A stretch of 64,000 nt of DNA from Macrostomum lignano (taxonomy: Eukaryota): positions 62,001 through 126,000 of the forward strand of contig NIVC01000717.1 in NCBI GenBank assembly GCA_002269645.1. Direction: 5' to 3'. The translations under genes and the position numbers were made by a program. How positions within the stretch are numbered: position 1 is the stretch's first letter; each line of letters opens with the position of its first letter. Under the pieces are notes generated by a model. It had not been told where the DNA came from. It was given only the letters and a program-made list of their open reading frames with translations, and ran no database searches. Positions 11,463-24,085 of this stretch are shown here, in pieces.

Positions 11463-12190
11463 GCCTACAAAATCGCCCCCAGTTGCTTCAGATGATTTGC
11501 AACTTGCGTACGCAAACTGAATTATATTATAAATTCTGAGCAGGTCTTTAGCTTGTTCTCCATTAGAATATTGTATTCCTGGTCACAGCTCTACCTAGGT
11601 GGTCGCTTACTCATTGGTATACGAAGTAGGCGAGCTTCTAAAATAATTTAATCCTACGCGCAATTTACATACAGAGTACTATAGTAGTATAAATAGTAAA
11701 TTATGCTAAAATTTATTCATCCAGAAAGTAGAGACGCTAGCATTAAAATACGCTTAATTTAAGACAGAAATAAGTGGCATATTTTTGTAGTGTTTACCAT
11801 TGAAAATTTTGCGCCTGCCTTGGAATTTCGTGCCGCATTGTAAAGGCTTGTGCTTTCCGAATCATTGAGTAGGAATTTAACTACAGTTTTCTCATTACAG
11901 GCACATGTAAGTTTGAAATAAAATACTGTTGGTCATCATTGGTTTGAATTGCCCGACAAGCAAGACTTAGGTCTGTTTTACTGCGAAATATTATTGTCAA
12001 CGAGCTACATCGACTTATTAAAATGTAATCACAAATATTAATTTTCTCCTGCCAAGTAGCAAAATAGCCCAATTCAAGTGCAAATGGCCAAGTGCACCAT
12101 AGTCATTTCAAGTAGCAGATTCGTTCGTTTCTGTGTTCTGTGTATTTCTCTTATGTCCAGCTGCTCTGCGTCGGGGGGGGGGTTGGACCC

Positions 12191-12449
12191 TAGTGATTAG
12201 AGCGTCGGACTCACAACTGAAAAGTCGGGGGTTCGACTCTCGACTCACTTATGTGTGCCCTTGAGCAAGACACTTAACTCCGCATTGCTTCTGCAGTTCA
12301 CCCTGCAGCTGTAAAATGGGTGCCAGCATCAGCTGGGGCAATTGAGGGTGTGTGTGGTGACCTCCCAGTCCTTGGACTGAACAGCCGTACGCAGCCTTCA
12401 GATGCGCCGCGCGATAGCTGCGGCTGAGCTGTCGGTTGCACATCTGGCC
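12191..12449 (+). mobile_element. tRNA-derived SINE, copy 1
   Basis: tRNA-like head with B box GGTTCGACT, central GTG(C/T)CCTTGAGCAAGACACTTAAC motif, and 3' part aligning to the other copies. Confidence 0.85.
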
Positions 12450-12785
12450 ACTAGGTTGAATTCCGAATGTCTAGGACTGCTCAAGTAGGAGGGAAAACTA
12501 TGTACGTTTCTTGGAAATTTTTATGGGGCAGGTTTTACTGAAAAAAAATATATTAGGAAGATGGGCCACTCCATGCATATACTACGAGCAGTATACTTAG
12601 TAAAACAAACAACTTTCTACTTTCAGTTCAGTAGCAATGAAGAATACATACTAGCTATTTTATAAGAATAAAGGCAGCTGAAATGACTTTGATAAGTTTA
12701 GAAGCCCAAGCTTGCAGGCGTAAACAGCTTGCTAATTGGTTCAGCCATTGGTTCAGTGTACATTAGCTACTGAAATGTACATGTG

Positions 12786-14795
12786 ATGAGGACGCAATTT
12801 TTTCCAAATCTCACGCTCGCACATGCATGGGCTCCAAACTTGCCAGCCTACTGACATCAGGCTATGGGCATTTTACTACTTTTTATGTAATTTTCCTAGA
12901 ATTCAGTAGGATTTTTGTAGCTATTATGAATCTGCCATACTTGTAGTTATAATAACATAGGCGCGGTTTTTTGCTACTTTTGGGGTCATAAATCATTGCT
13001 TTTTGAGCTGGTCTGACAGCCACCTGCGCCTCACTCAATGCTGAGGCTGGCGCCAGATGGTCTGTGAGGATGCGGGCGGTAGCTTTTTTCTCATCATTTT
13101 GACAGGCCATCAGATTTATGAGGTGAGGGCCTATTGTTCGTGTTCACTCAAGCGTGTGACAGCTTTGACAGCTATGCGTTTTACCCCTAAAAGTACTTTG
13201 GGATTAGCGATTAGCGATTTCTCTTCACCATCTTCACTTTCTACTTAATAAGAGCTTTCTAATGCATATTTTTCACTAATTTTTATAATTCCTACGCGAA
13301 AGGTCATAAATCTATATGTAGCGATTTTGAGTGATTTATGACAACACCAGGCGTATTTTCATCGCCCCGATGGAACTGATAGGATCTTCTGGTCACGAGA
13401 GTTTGGGTGGAAACAAGCTCAGCCAATCAGAAAATTCGACGTCAGTTATAACAAATGGGCTCAGCCAATCAGCGTCGAGGTGTTCCATTATAACAAATCG
13501 CGGTCCAGTTGGCGGCCATATAAACCGATGTTTTTGGCCCGCTCGGACCAACACAGAGGCGGACACCCTTGGCTCTTCCAGTAACCTCCTCCGGAGTCAC
13601 GACCGTCGTCTCTTGATCCCCGGATTGCGACAACCCCCTTCATCATCAAGGACGAATCCCCCCGGTCGACGACATCAATCATTGAGGTTAAGATTATCAC
13701 CTGCTAGCTATCTGCGAAGACTGTGACATCACCATCCCGGGCCTACAGCTGCGAAGCACTAAGCCGATTCGGTCACTGCGGATTACCTGGTCTCCGGCTG
13801 TTGAGTTTCTGATTGGTTGGGTGAGAGGCTACCTGGACTTGCTTGGTTGGGTGATTCCTTATCTGTCCCCTATTTCAGTAGCTGAATTAGGCGCACACTT
13901 TTGCTCATTTTGTTCAGTAGTGCTGGCATTGAGGCAGAAATCATTCAATACTACTGCTAGTAGTCTAAAGCTCCAATTCAATCTGAAGTGTGAAGTGATC
14001 TAAGGAGAATGTTAAATCTGACAGTTATTTTTATCTGTTTTATTTCTTTGTTCGCCGATGGCTCAGATGAGTAGCTAAGCTAGTAGGCGCCAGTTACAGT
14101 GGACCAATGGCAAGACAGCTCTCAGTCGATCAATCTATCAAATCAGTCATCAAAATTGCCAATAGTGCAAAATCGGCGCTAGAGATGTACTCTCTGCACT
14201 CTAGATTCGCCAAGCGGCTCGGGTAATGAATCATGCGGTCTCTGATGTTCGAATTTGCCTATCATCAGCGCTAGGAGAGGCTGGTTGGCGCGTTGAAGGC
14301 CAAAAGTACAATTCCTCGTATTTAGCAATGCAATAGTACATGTAGCTACCCCATAGTCTCGCCACTGCAAAAATCCCCTGCACAAGTCCCCTCTGTACCT
14401 GCATGGCCAATGCGATCTAGTCCCAGCAGTGTCCCCTGTCATCGGCTATGACTTCGAGATTGACAGCGAAAAGACACTAGTTGGCAGGTAAGTGCTAAGC
14501 CCCCTCTAGTCGAAAGCCCGATTTCGAAAGTTCCGGTTTGGTGAGCCAGGACGCACGGGCTGGTGGCAGCGGGTTAGTTAATCTGCGGATTAGCTGGTCT
14601 CTACCTTCAAAATTCGCCCTGCTTGTCTCTCGCTGTCCCTCTCTTAGCTATAGGACCTAGACTGCTCGCCACACGATCAAGCTACCATGGGGCTGACCAT
14701 CTGACAGGAGTGGGGGGCCAGGACTCTAATTGATCTATTTCTGAGACCTGAGGCCCGAAGGCTTCCACAAAGGAGCCGAAAAGGTCGAAACCCAT
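12786..14795. mobile_element. ~2.0-kb non-coding interspersed repeat, copy 1
   Basis: Aligns end to end, in inverted orientation, with 43005-44992; shared termini ATGAGGACGCA and (reverse complement) ATGGGTTTCGACCTT; no credible ORF, TIR or consistent TSD. A short diverged fragment also lies at about 15565-15640. Confidence 0.85.
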
Positions 14796-16133
14796 CACAT
14801 GGCAGATTTAGGCTGGAACAACCGAGGAAGGCAATAAAAATTGGGTGGCGGGGCAGGGGTAGAGAAGTTTCGGTATGGGGTTTGAGGGCTTAAGCTTGGG
14901 GTACGAGCCAATAAATAAGCATTGCATTTGAAATACTTTTAAATGCTGCTGCTTACCTTACTACTGGTTTAAAAGTAGTTTGCACGCAAATTTGCTGAGT
15001 GGCCCATCTATTTATTATAGAATATAGTAATTTGTAGACTACCGCTTCTCATCTTTCAATTTACTTCGCTTTGGTTCGGCTACACTTCGAGGAGTTGATA
15101 GGACCTTCTCTCGCAGATCGGCCCTCGACATCTTGCAGCATCAACAGTTCACTCCTTTGTTGTGTCTGCCCGATCTGAGCATCTGTAGCCTTCTCTGGTA
15201 GATTGATAGGTAGATAGTTGTCTGCTACGTGTTTGCAAAGGCTTTCTGGCGTATAGGGGTCTCGCTTAAAGCTGTAACGCTCTTGGCGAGGCCATCACGC
15301 GTCTGTTTAGCATGGAGCGACGATTGCGTTGGACTGAAGCTTTCATGTTTATTGCATTGTCAATTCCATATCATGATCCTATTTTCACAATTTCCTGATT
15401 TTAGTTTCCTCCATTTTTCTTCATTTTCTACCGGTATGTGTAGTGTACTTCTTAGGGATTTATTTTTGCAAAGTTGTTTACGCCTAGAGGTCAACGTGTT
15501 AGGGCCGATTTTTTTCGATGATCTGCATTACTGACACTAAGTGCAGCAGCAGCAGCACTCTGTTTCTAGCTGTCTCGGTCACTGTGGACTTCCTGGTCAC
15601 CGGCAGGCTTAATACTCTGATTGGCTCGGTGAGATGCGTTTTCACCTTTGATGCAAGTGCGAGTTGAATTTTGTAAGTTTTCTTTCTTTTCCACCGGGCT
15701 GACCAGGATGAGTGGCTAAATTATTTAGTGAAGAGTCGCAGTGGACCGAAGGCAATGCAATTCCTGGTCAATCGCAACTATAACTTCATTCAGAAAACGT
15801 CCATCATATTCGTATTAAAGCATTGGTAATCCAGTATATACGAAACAGCTAGCCTATTCTGTACGCAGTGTTTGCGTACGCAAGTTCTAAAACGTCACGT
15901 TCAGCGCACACTCTTTTACAGCCAATGGGCGATTCAGTATGTGTTCTAGCTCAGTTAGCGTCTGCAATGCGTTTTCCAATTTACACTGCTTGCCAGCTAA
16001 CCAAACCCAACGGGGGGCCCTGCAGTGCCTATTTAAGCTGCAGCCGTTTACTCCAAAATTGACACAGCCTAAAGCTCTTCAAAATCCAGCTGTCTCGATA
16101 GTAAAAGCATTCGCACAGCCATAATCTCGCATA

Positions 16134-16703
16134 ATGAGCAAGGTGAAGCACGCCGGACACAAGGGCATCGAGATCTGCGTCAGCTGGCAGCCTGCCAAAG
16201 ACGGTCACATCCCGCCAAACGCCATCGAGGCTGCCCCGGGCTGCTTCGTCGGCCGAGCCAAACACGAGGACTGCTGGATCCCGGCAAAGGTGGCCGAAGG
16301 CCACACCAATGCCTACGTGCCCTACGATGGAAAAGAGCACTCCATCCCGGAGTACGAGGTGCTGGTCTGCTCAGAAATCGGATGCTACGGCAAAGGCTAC
16401 AAGTGGGTGAGGGAGGACAGCGGCGACGTACCGAAGAAGGCGCTGGTGGCTGGCCGAGAGAAGAATGACGAACCGCTGTACGTCGCTCGTGGAGAGGTAA
16501 TTTCTGTAAACTTGTGTGACAATATACAGCTACTGCAGGTATACTTTACCCTGCTCACCTGATAAACAATGTTTTCCAATCTCCAGGTCGACGGCGAAAT
16601 GTGCGTGGGCAAGGTGCACAAGAACCATCATTGCGCCTACTTTCCGTACGGCGGAACCGAGCACAGCAGCGAAGAATACGAGGTTCTGGTGCTGGGCGAG
16701 TGA
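16134..16703 (+). CDS. DM9-repeat (DUF3421) lectin-like protein, copy B, 2 exons (16134-16496, 16587-16703), 159 aa
   Basis: Inverted paralogue of copy A; donor GAG|GTAATT, acceptor CTCCAG|GTC, ends ..EEYEVLVLGE*. Confidence 0.9.
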
Positions 16704-18113
16704 ACGGATCTGCACTAAAGCAGCTATGGCAGATTTTTTCAACAGCCAAATGACAAACTGGAACTGATAATATGCACCCAATTTTTCTAAGAAAGTATGA
16801 CTGGTATAAAATTGCTCTCAATGGTGAAATATTTTATCGGTTGTAACACGATTTAATCAAACGTACTAACCATACGATTATAATACTCAAGCTACTATTG
16901 TTCTGAAGGAATATAATCGTCATTGGACGAAGATATTACTATAAAATTCACCTAAAAGCTTCTCCGTTTATGCTAATAGTGAATTAGCTCTCTGGCACTG
17001 AGGGGCTGAGAGAGTTCAGGCAAGCAAATACACAGGACGCATTGGTATGAAAAACTAAAATAGCCTGCAGGCAGAATGTACAAACACACGCGCGAGCGCG
17101 CATACACGCAGCGACAGCTGCAAAGCAAAGGTTTCCTGCGCATCAGTGTCCAAAAATTGCATTGAATTCTTTTGGCTTCGCAAATACGTAGCTAACAGGC
17201 AGCAGTGAGTGCCAATACGACAATGCTACGTTATGGACTTGGCTGCATGGCTATGTAGGAATTCCGCTGCAATAATTTCCTTTTGGAGACTAATCTGCTG
17301 CGCATTATTGAAAGAGAATAAAGGTATAAGAGAAGTCAAAGCTTAAGTTACAGAAGGGAGCAGAAGCAGTGCCTTCATTGAGTAGAATATCCGATATTGT
17401 CGATATTGTCGCCATAATTAATCAATACTCGCTGGAATATTGGAATGCGCCGAATTAAATGTCGGTAACTTTTTCGCTATAGCTGAGACAGTCCAGTGCA
17501 AAACTGGTTTGAACCAAATTAAGAAACCGGCACTCTAGCTACTCAAAAGAACCTCTAAGCAAGTAACCTAGCGAGCTCTGTGTAAACTGTGTACTCTTTG
17601 CCGAATAAAATGAAGCACTCAGCCTCTATACAACAAAGCTTGTAAGCAAAGCTCAACTTTCAATTGAGTAATTCACTAAAACCGCACAATGTAGTGCAGT
17701 GTAAACAGTGCCATGCAGGAATGTCAGCATCTATTTGCTCGGGGCGTGTGTACACTAATTGGCTTTGCAATATGAAGACGATATTGTTGAGAAAACGTAC
17801 GTGGTTTGAATGAACGGCTTTTTTGCATAGTTATTAGAGTGAATTAGCATAAGCTCTTCACAACTGAATCCTCAGAAACAATTGTAGAGGCGAGATAATT
17901 CAACGAATTTTTTTTCGATATGAACTACTAATAAGTAGCAAGGATAGCATCAGTTCACAAACTGAAAATATCCTTGTAGTTCAAACTCAATTGATGATTT
18001 TTTGCACAGCGTTTGCATTTCTCTAAAATTTCATATCTACGAAAGCACATACATTTTCATATTTCGACACTTCATAACAAAAAGCTGAACCGTAAACCTA
18101 TAAACCCTAACAG

Positions 18114-18236
18114 AGATATGAAGGTCGGTGATATGAAGGTCGGTGATATGAAGTGTCGGTGATACGAAGTCGGTGATATGAAGTGTCGGTGATATGAAGT
18201 CGGTGATACGCTCGTAGTTGAAGTATGAAGTGTCGG
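18114..18236. repeat. 15/16-bp minisatellite (GAAG[TG]TCGGTGATAT) x~7
   Basis: Tandem copies read directly. Confidence 0.85.
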
Positions 18237-18349
18237 AGTTGTGAAAGAGGCTGACTGCTTTTAGGAGACGTGAAACCCCAGTTTTGAGCGTTCGTTTTGG
18301 CGGCTCTTACATCTTAGTGTTTAGTTATAGATTTGGTTCTTATACTAGC

Positions 18350-18605
18350 TCGGCGGGGGAAGGACACAGGGGACAGCCGGGAGCGTTAGATCATCTCTCC
18401 CTGTGCTTTGAAGCCACCCACGGGTTGATCCGTGTGGTGACAACGGCGGTGGGGGTGGGGGCCACGGGCAGGGGAACAGTAAAAGAACCGATCGAGCCAG
18501 CCTTGGCCAAGCGATCGGCCAACTCGTTGTCGGGGGTGGCCCGAGTGCCCAGAGATCCACCTGAGGGACCACCTTGTTGGAGGCGCCTAAGCGGTTAAGT
18601 CAAGG
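18350..18605 (-). mobile_element. Decayed RNase H fragment of a non-LTR retrotransposon
   Basis: With two frameshifts reads LNRLGASNKVVLRWISGHSGHPDNELADRLAKAGS..., the W-x-x-GH-x-G-x-x-x-NE-x-AD-x-LAK motif of LINE RNase H, followed by H-x-x-R-(W)-x-N-x-PGC. Confidence 0.75.
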
Positions 18606-19343
18606 ACTGTACGCGAGCAGGTGGTGGCGCGCTCAGGGGCGAGGACAGGCACACGCTCACACGTGGTTTACAGTGGCCATGACGTTCTCATCACGTCAGG
18701 CATGTTACCCTCTGCTCTCTGTATCTTGAGGGTTGGCATACAATTTTTGCTTTTTAATCTCTAGCGATTCAAATATAAACTCCAAGACTACTTGTACATC
18801 ACCAGTTCCTTCTTTAGCAGATTAACGTTTTAGACTTTACCTAAAAACGTTCTTAACAAACGTCTATTATCGAAAAATGATTGGGGCTATAGCGCGACAA
18901 AACAAAAACAGCTGACTAAATAGCAATGCTTATTAGACATAGTATCATGGATGCTGCACTAGATTTTCTTCAAGAGAAGAACGCAAATTTGACGTATCGC
19001 TACATGTTGACTTGAATTTCATGCATAGAGAAATCAAATTTTTCTAGAGCAGCTTCTTCTTGACCGAAGATGTCGATGACGAAACCCCATTCAGTGCTGT
19101 GCGTTCTCCAGAGCATAGCACATGCACCAGCGATGCGACAAACAGAAAGCTCATTTCTAAGAAATCGACTACAGCGTCATTCTACGTCAATTGTCCATGG
19201 TAAAAACTCGTATATGTCTACCTTAATTTCAGTTGTCAATATTTTTCTCGGCACAAAATCTATACCAGTATAGTCATGCGATCCTACTTTAAGCAGTGTA
19301 TAGAGAATAATAGTTACTTTTTTTTATTACACCTGCTCTAATG

Positions 19344-19584
19344 GGCAGATGTGCAACCAACAGCTCAGCCGCAGCTATTGCGCGGCGCATCTGAAGGCTG
19401 CGTACGGCTGTTTAGTCCAAGGACTGGGGGGTCGCCACACACAGCCTCAATTACCCCAGCTAATGATGGCACCCATTTTACAGCTGGGTGAACGAAAGCA
19501 ATAATGCAGAGTTAAGTGTCTTGCCCAAGCACACAAATTTTTCCCTTTGAGTCGTGAGTCCGACGCCCTAAACACACTAGGCTA
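19344..19584 (-). mobile_element. tRNA-derived SINE, copy 2
   Basis: Reverse complement of the 12191 and 61155 elements. Confidence 0.85.
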
Positions 19585-19648
19585 CAACCCCTTAATAGGC
19601 AATGAAATAATAGAAGTCCATCACTTTAGTGACAATAATATTGTCAAA

Positions 19649-20669
19649 TCACTTTTTTGCGTCATTGTACACAACTCCAGCGTACTTGGCAGCCTCTGAT
19701 GGCAGCTGCAGCTCGATCTTGGACCGCCACTGCTCCGCCAGCTGCTTGATGTCGGCGCCGGTTCCTCCATACTCGGCAGGTAAAATCCTGGCCGGGATCT
19801 CCGACTGCAGCGACTCTTTCGAGCTCTTGTGAACTCGGACCAGCTCCTTGACCGACTTGCTCATGAACATCTTGAGCAGTTCGTACAGTGCGTTGAACAC
19901 AGTGGATGTGTTGAAATAGTTGACATGTTTCAGCTTCACTGGATAAGCTTCTTGAATGGCTGACAGCTTCTTGGTTGAGTCGAGGCTCCAGTGGGTCAGA
20001 TGACGCATCTCGAAGCCCTTAATTATGATTCGTAATAAATGATTTTAATTGCTATGTTAGATAACGTTAAGAATTGAACGTGGTTACATTTGTCCTGTAT
20101 TGTTGCAATATTCCTTTTTTGTAGTGGCAGTTGCTTAAATGTGCCTGTCGAGCACAGCTGTCACATTCACACACGCGAGTCTCAGTTCTGAGGCACCGCA
20201 TCCAGCCTCATCAGCTCAAGCTGCTCACCTGGAAGTCCACCATGGTGACGAGTCCGGCAGTCCTGGTTGCCGGATCAGCGCACAGCACATCGTAGCACAT
20301 GTTCATGTAGCGGGACATGTCCTCAAAGCTGACCCTGTCGGGCTGCCACAGTCCGCTGCGGAACAGCACCACGGCTGCTCCGTTGTCATCGTAGCCCAGC
20401 TGCACCACGTAGCCGACAGACAAGAGCTCCTGGATCGGCTCGGAGCTCACATCCGGGTACTCGAACCAGTCAGCGGCGCCCTTGGTCTTGGATGCTCGAA
20501 CTCGACAGAAGTCCGCGAGGCGGCGTCTGGCTGCTTCGACTCTGCTGTCGTCCGCGGTGGCCACCTCCAGGAACTTGGCGAGCACCTCGTCAGGCAGGCT
20601 GAGGCCCTTCAGCGTCTCCTGGGACTCCGCCCAGCAGCGTAGGTCGGCGATCTCTGCTTCTGAGGCCAT
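19649..20669 (-). CDS. CRAL-TRIO (alpha-tocopherol transfer protein/clavesin-like) lipid-binding protein, copy A, 2 exons (20669-20229, 20017-19649), 269 aa
   Basis: CRAL-TRIO N motif (L.DEVLAKFL), G.AVVLFRSG.W.P, GLVTMVDFQGF, YPVKLKHVNYFN, ILPAEYGG; GT-AG intron of 211 nt, phase 0. Confidence 0.9.
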
Positions 20670-21217
20670 GTGCTCTGGCTGTTGCCTGTTTAGACTTCCC
20701 GATTCTGTGTAGCTTGCAGTTTGCGATGCAAAGCTCGATTAGTGCGCAGTTTCCCGATGGCATGCAGGGCCAAGTCTAAAGTATATATAACTCTTCAAGC
20801 ATATGGTTTCTCTGCAGCCATTGGCTAACCAATGTTGAAAAACATTATTAGCTAGCCATAAAGAAAATTGCGCCACAAGGAAAGCAACGCAGGCTAGCAG
20901 GCGGTCGGGGTTTCCCTTGCTACGACCTCCGTCAAGTCGATCCTCCATCAAAACTGTCTGCCTCGATGCGGGAGGCTGATCGTGACGGATAGAAAACAGA
21001 TGACGCAGGGATTCTGAGAGAGCTTGGAAATGCAAAATGCAGCTCTGTTTGGACACGGTACTCTGCAGTTTGTAAATTCTTGTTTATAGTGGCAGACTTT
21101 CGATTTGGGATAGGAAAAGAGCCGAAAGTACGCCGGAATGACTTAGAGCCGAGTTTTGGCGCGGAGTCATTCACAGTGAAATGCTTTAAATGTACTTCTC
21201 TACATTAAAGCATGAAA

Positions 21218-21475
21218 CTCTGACATAACAATAACACTCCCTGACAACTGAAATGACACCTCTGACACAACAAGTAGACTCCTGACAACTGAAATGACAC
21301 CTCTGACACAACAACTACACTCCCTGACAACTTAAATGACACCTCTGACACAACAAGTAGACTCCCTGACAACTTTAATGACACCTCTGACACAACAAGT
21401 AGACTCCCTGACAACTTAAATGACACCTCTGACACAAAAAGTACACTCCTGACAACTTAAATGGCATCCCTGACG
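21218..21475. repeat. 41-42-bp minisatellite (CTGACAACTTAAATGACACCTCTGACACAACAAGTAGACTCC) x~6
   Basis: Tandem copies read directly. Confidence 0.9.
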
Positions 21476-22024
21476 CATAAATATACGTCTGACAAACAGC
21501 ATTGAAGCTCTGACACATTCTAAGAAAAAGAATCAGTTGAAATATTAAACACTTGAATCGTTACAATTGGCTTCACAAGTTGTGTTTCACAGTCCCCCAG
21601 AGTATACAAAGCACTCTAGATTCGTCTCTCAAATAGTATAAATTTCGCGGACCATGCGCTGGAAGTCAGAGACCCTGATCAGCAGAACTGCCCGCTTCCA
21701 TATAATAGCCCCATCTGTCCATTAATGGTTCCATAAACCAGTGGGCTACATAGCAAAAACTTTCACCGCACCCCCCAACAAGATAGAGGAGGTAGGCGAA
21801 GCCTTTGCTAGAAATTCTTTCGGCACTTTCGTCTAATTAGGGCTGGCTGCACACCGGGTGAACCCCAATGATTGGTGAGGTGCAACGGCGTCAGTCTGTT
21901 TTGGTTCATTTATATTTTGCTTCTGTTGTTCATTAGTGGCGCATAAAAAATTGATGCCAAATTGGCAAGAGATTCATTTGGGCGACAGTGAGATAGAGAA
22001 ACTGGTGAAATATTGAGATACAGA

Positions 22025-22560
22025 GATGAGTGAGAATGAGATTGTGAGATTGAGAGAGGGGTGAGATTCAGGGAGGTAAGATTGAGAGAGGTGAGATTGA
22101 GAGAGGGGTGAGATTGAGAGAGGGGTGAGATTGAGAGAGAGGTGAGATTGAGAGAGGGGTGAGACTGAAACAGGGGTGAGATTGAGAGAGAGATAAGACT
22201 GCGAGAAGTGAGATTGAGAGAGGGGTGAGATTGAAAGAGAGATAAGACTGAGAGGTGAGATTGAGAGAGGGGTTAGATTGAGAGAGGGGTGAGATTGAAA
22301 AGAGAGATGAGACTGAGAGGTGAGATTGAGAGAGGGGTTAGATTGAAAGAGAGATGAGACTGAGAGGTGAGATTAAGAGAGGGGTGAGATTGAAAGAGAA
22401 ATAAGACTGAGAGGTGAGATTGAGAGAGGGGTGAGATTGAAAGAGAAATAAGACTGAGAGGTGAGATTGAGAGAGGGGTGAGATTGAAAGAGAGATGAGA
22501 CTGAAAGAAGGGTGAGATTGAGAGAGGAGTGAGATTGAGAAAAAGGCGAGATTGGTGAAT
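22025..22560. repeat. Purine-rich (GAGATTGAGAGAGGGGT) satellite with higher-order units
   Basis: About 530 bp of GA-dominated tandem variants. Confidence 0.9.
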
Positions 22561-23509
22561 GTGATTCAGGTGAGAAGGAGATTCAGGAAAATGAGATTGC
22601 AACGAATAGGTCAACAATATGAAAATGTTTCCAATGCAATTTGCAAGTTCGGAGTCAAAGTCCCAATTATTTCAGGCAACAATGATTCACGCAGTGGAAA
22701 ATGCATTTCTCTTACTATTAGTAGAGCAAATTAGATTTGAAAAAAAACAATATTATTATAACAAGTTAGAGAGCCATTTGCTATGCTTTTAAATATTCTA
22801 ATCGATACTATCATTACCTACGCATTAACTATTAATGCTCGAGAAAAGCTTTCAGAGATGCAGATTGAATCTGAGTAGACTCAAGAACTGATTTTATGGA
22901 CACCGGAGACATAAAAAATACATTTATTCCGTTTTTGCAGTTAAATAATTTATATCATGGTATAAAACCCGGTTTTATGACTGGAAATATCCATATCTTC
23001 TGAGTCGACTTTGCTTGCTGTCTTGATCTTAATTAGGTCATTAGTCGAATGCATTAGGGAATTAGATAAAAGTACAAGTATTCTACCCCATACACATATA
23101 TAACGCTGTCTGCAAAGCAATATTTTCAGCTCGGGGCCAGGACAAGACGTTCTCAAATCGAACCAGCTGAGACTAAATCCGGCTCTCTCGGGAAATATAA
23201 CAAATTAAATTTTTCGAGCAGTTCTATTCGTTGAAAAAGTATCGATATCCTTTGCCGCTTCAAAGTGTTGCAGTAAAACAAATTTGTTGGAAATTCAAAT
23301 TGTAAAAATTTTAGTGCAACGTATTTGGCCTGATTAAAATTGGAGTTAATACGACTTTGTTTGGAAAATTTAAACAAATTTGGAAAGACAGAAGCTAATG
23401 TACTAATGTAAATCATTTTTAGGACGCAAAATTGATATTGGATAAGAGTTTTATTGATTGATGATTGATGTCCGTCAGACGACAACTCTTTAAATGTCTC
23501 ACACGACAG

Positions 23510-24085
23510 ATCTATTGATGAGTCACATGACGGTTCCATTAGCTGTATGTGACATATTATGTGTATCACGTATACTACGTGATGGTTCTAGATACGTTAC
23601 ATGCATATTTATAGATATGTCACGTCAGTTTCTTAGATGCATCACATGTCAGTTTTATAGATATGTCACATGTCAGTTTTTAGATATGGCACATGTCAGT
23701 TTCATAGATGCATCACAAGTCAGTTTCATAGATGTCTCACATGTCAGCTTCATGCATGTCACATGTCAGTTTTATAGATGTGTCACATGTCAGTTTCAAA
23801 GATGCATCACGTCAGTTTTAAATATATGTCACATGTCATTTTCATACATACGTAACATGTCAGTTTCATAGATGTGCCACATGTCATTTTCATAGATGTG
23901 CCACATGTCAGTTTCATAGATGTGCCACATGTCAGTTTCATATGTGTCACATGTCAGTTTCATATATGTCCACATGTCAGTTTCATAGATGTGTCACATG
24001 TCAGTTTCATAGATACATGTCAGTGATACACACATGTCAGTTGCATTGCATAGATGTGTCACATATCCCTTTCATAGATATGTCA
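23510..24085. repeat. 21-23-bp minisatellite (CATGTCAGTTTCATAGATGTGTCA-like)
   Basis: More than 20 diverged tandem copies. Confidence 0.9.

Noticed and set aside
10882-16562. ORF-track C-termini VISVKLCD.. / VISVNLCD.. for the DM9 proteins
   Set aside because: Read-through into the 90-nt intron; splicing completes the second DM9 repeat.
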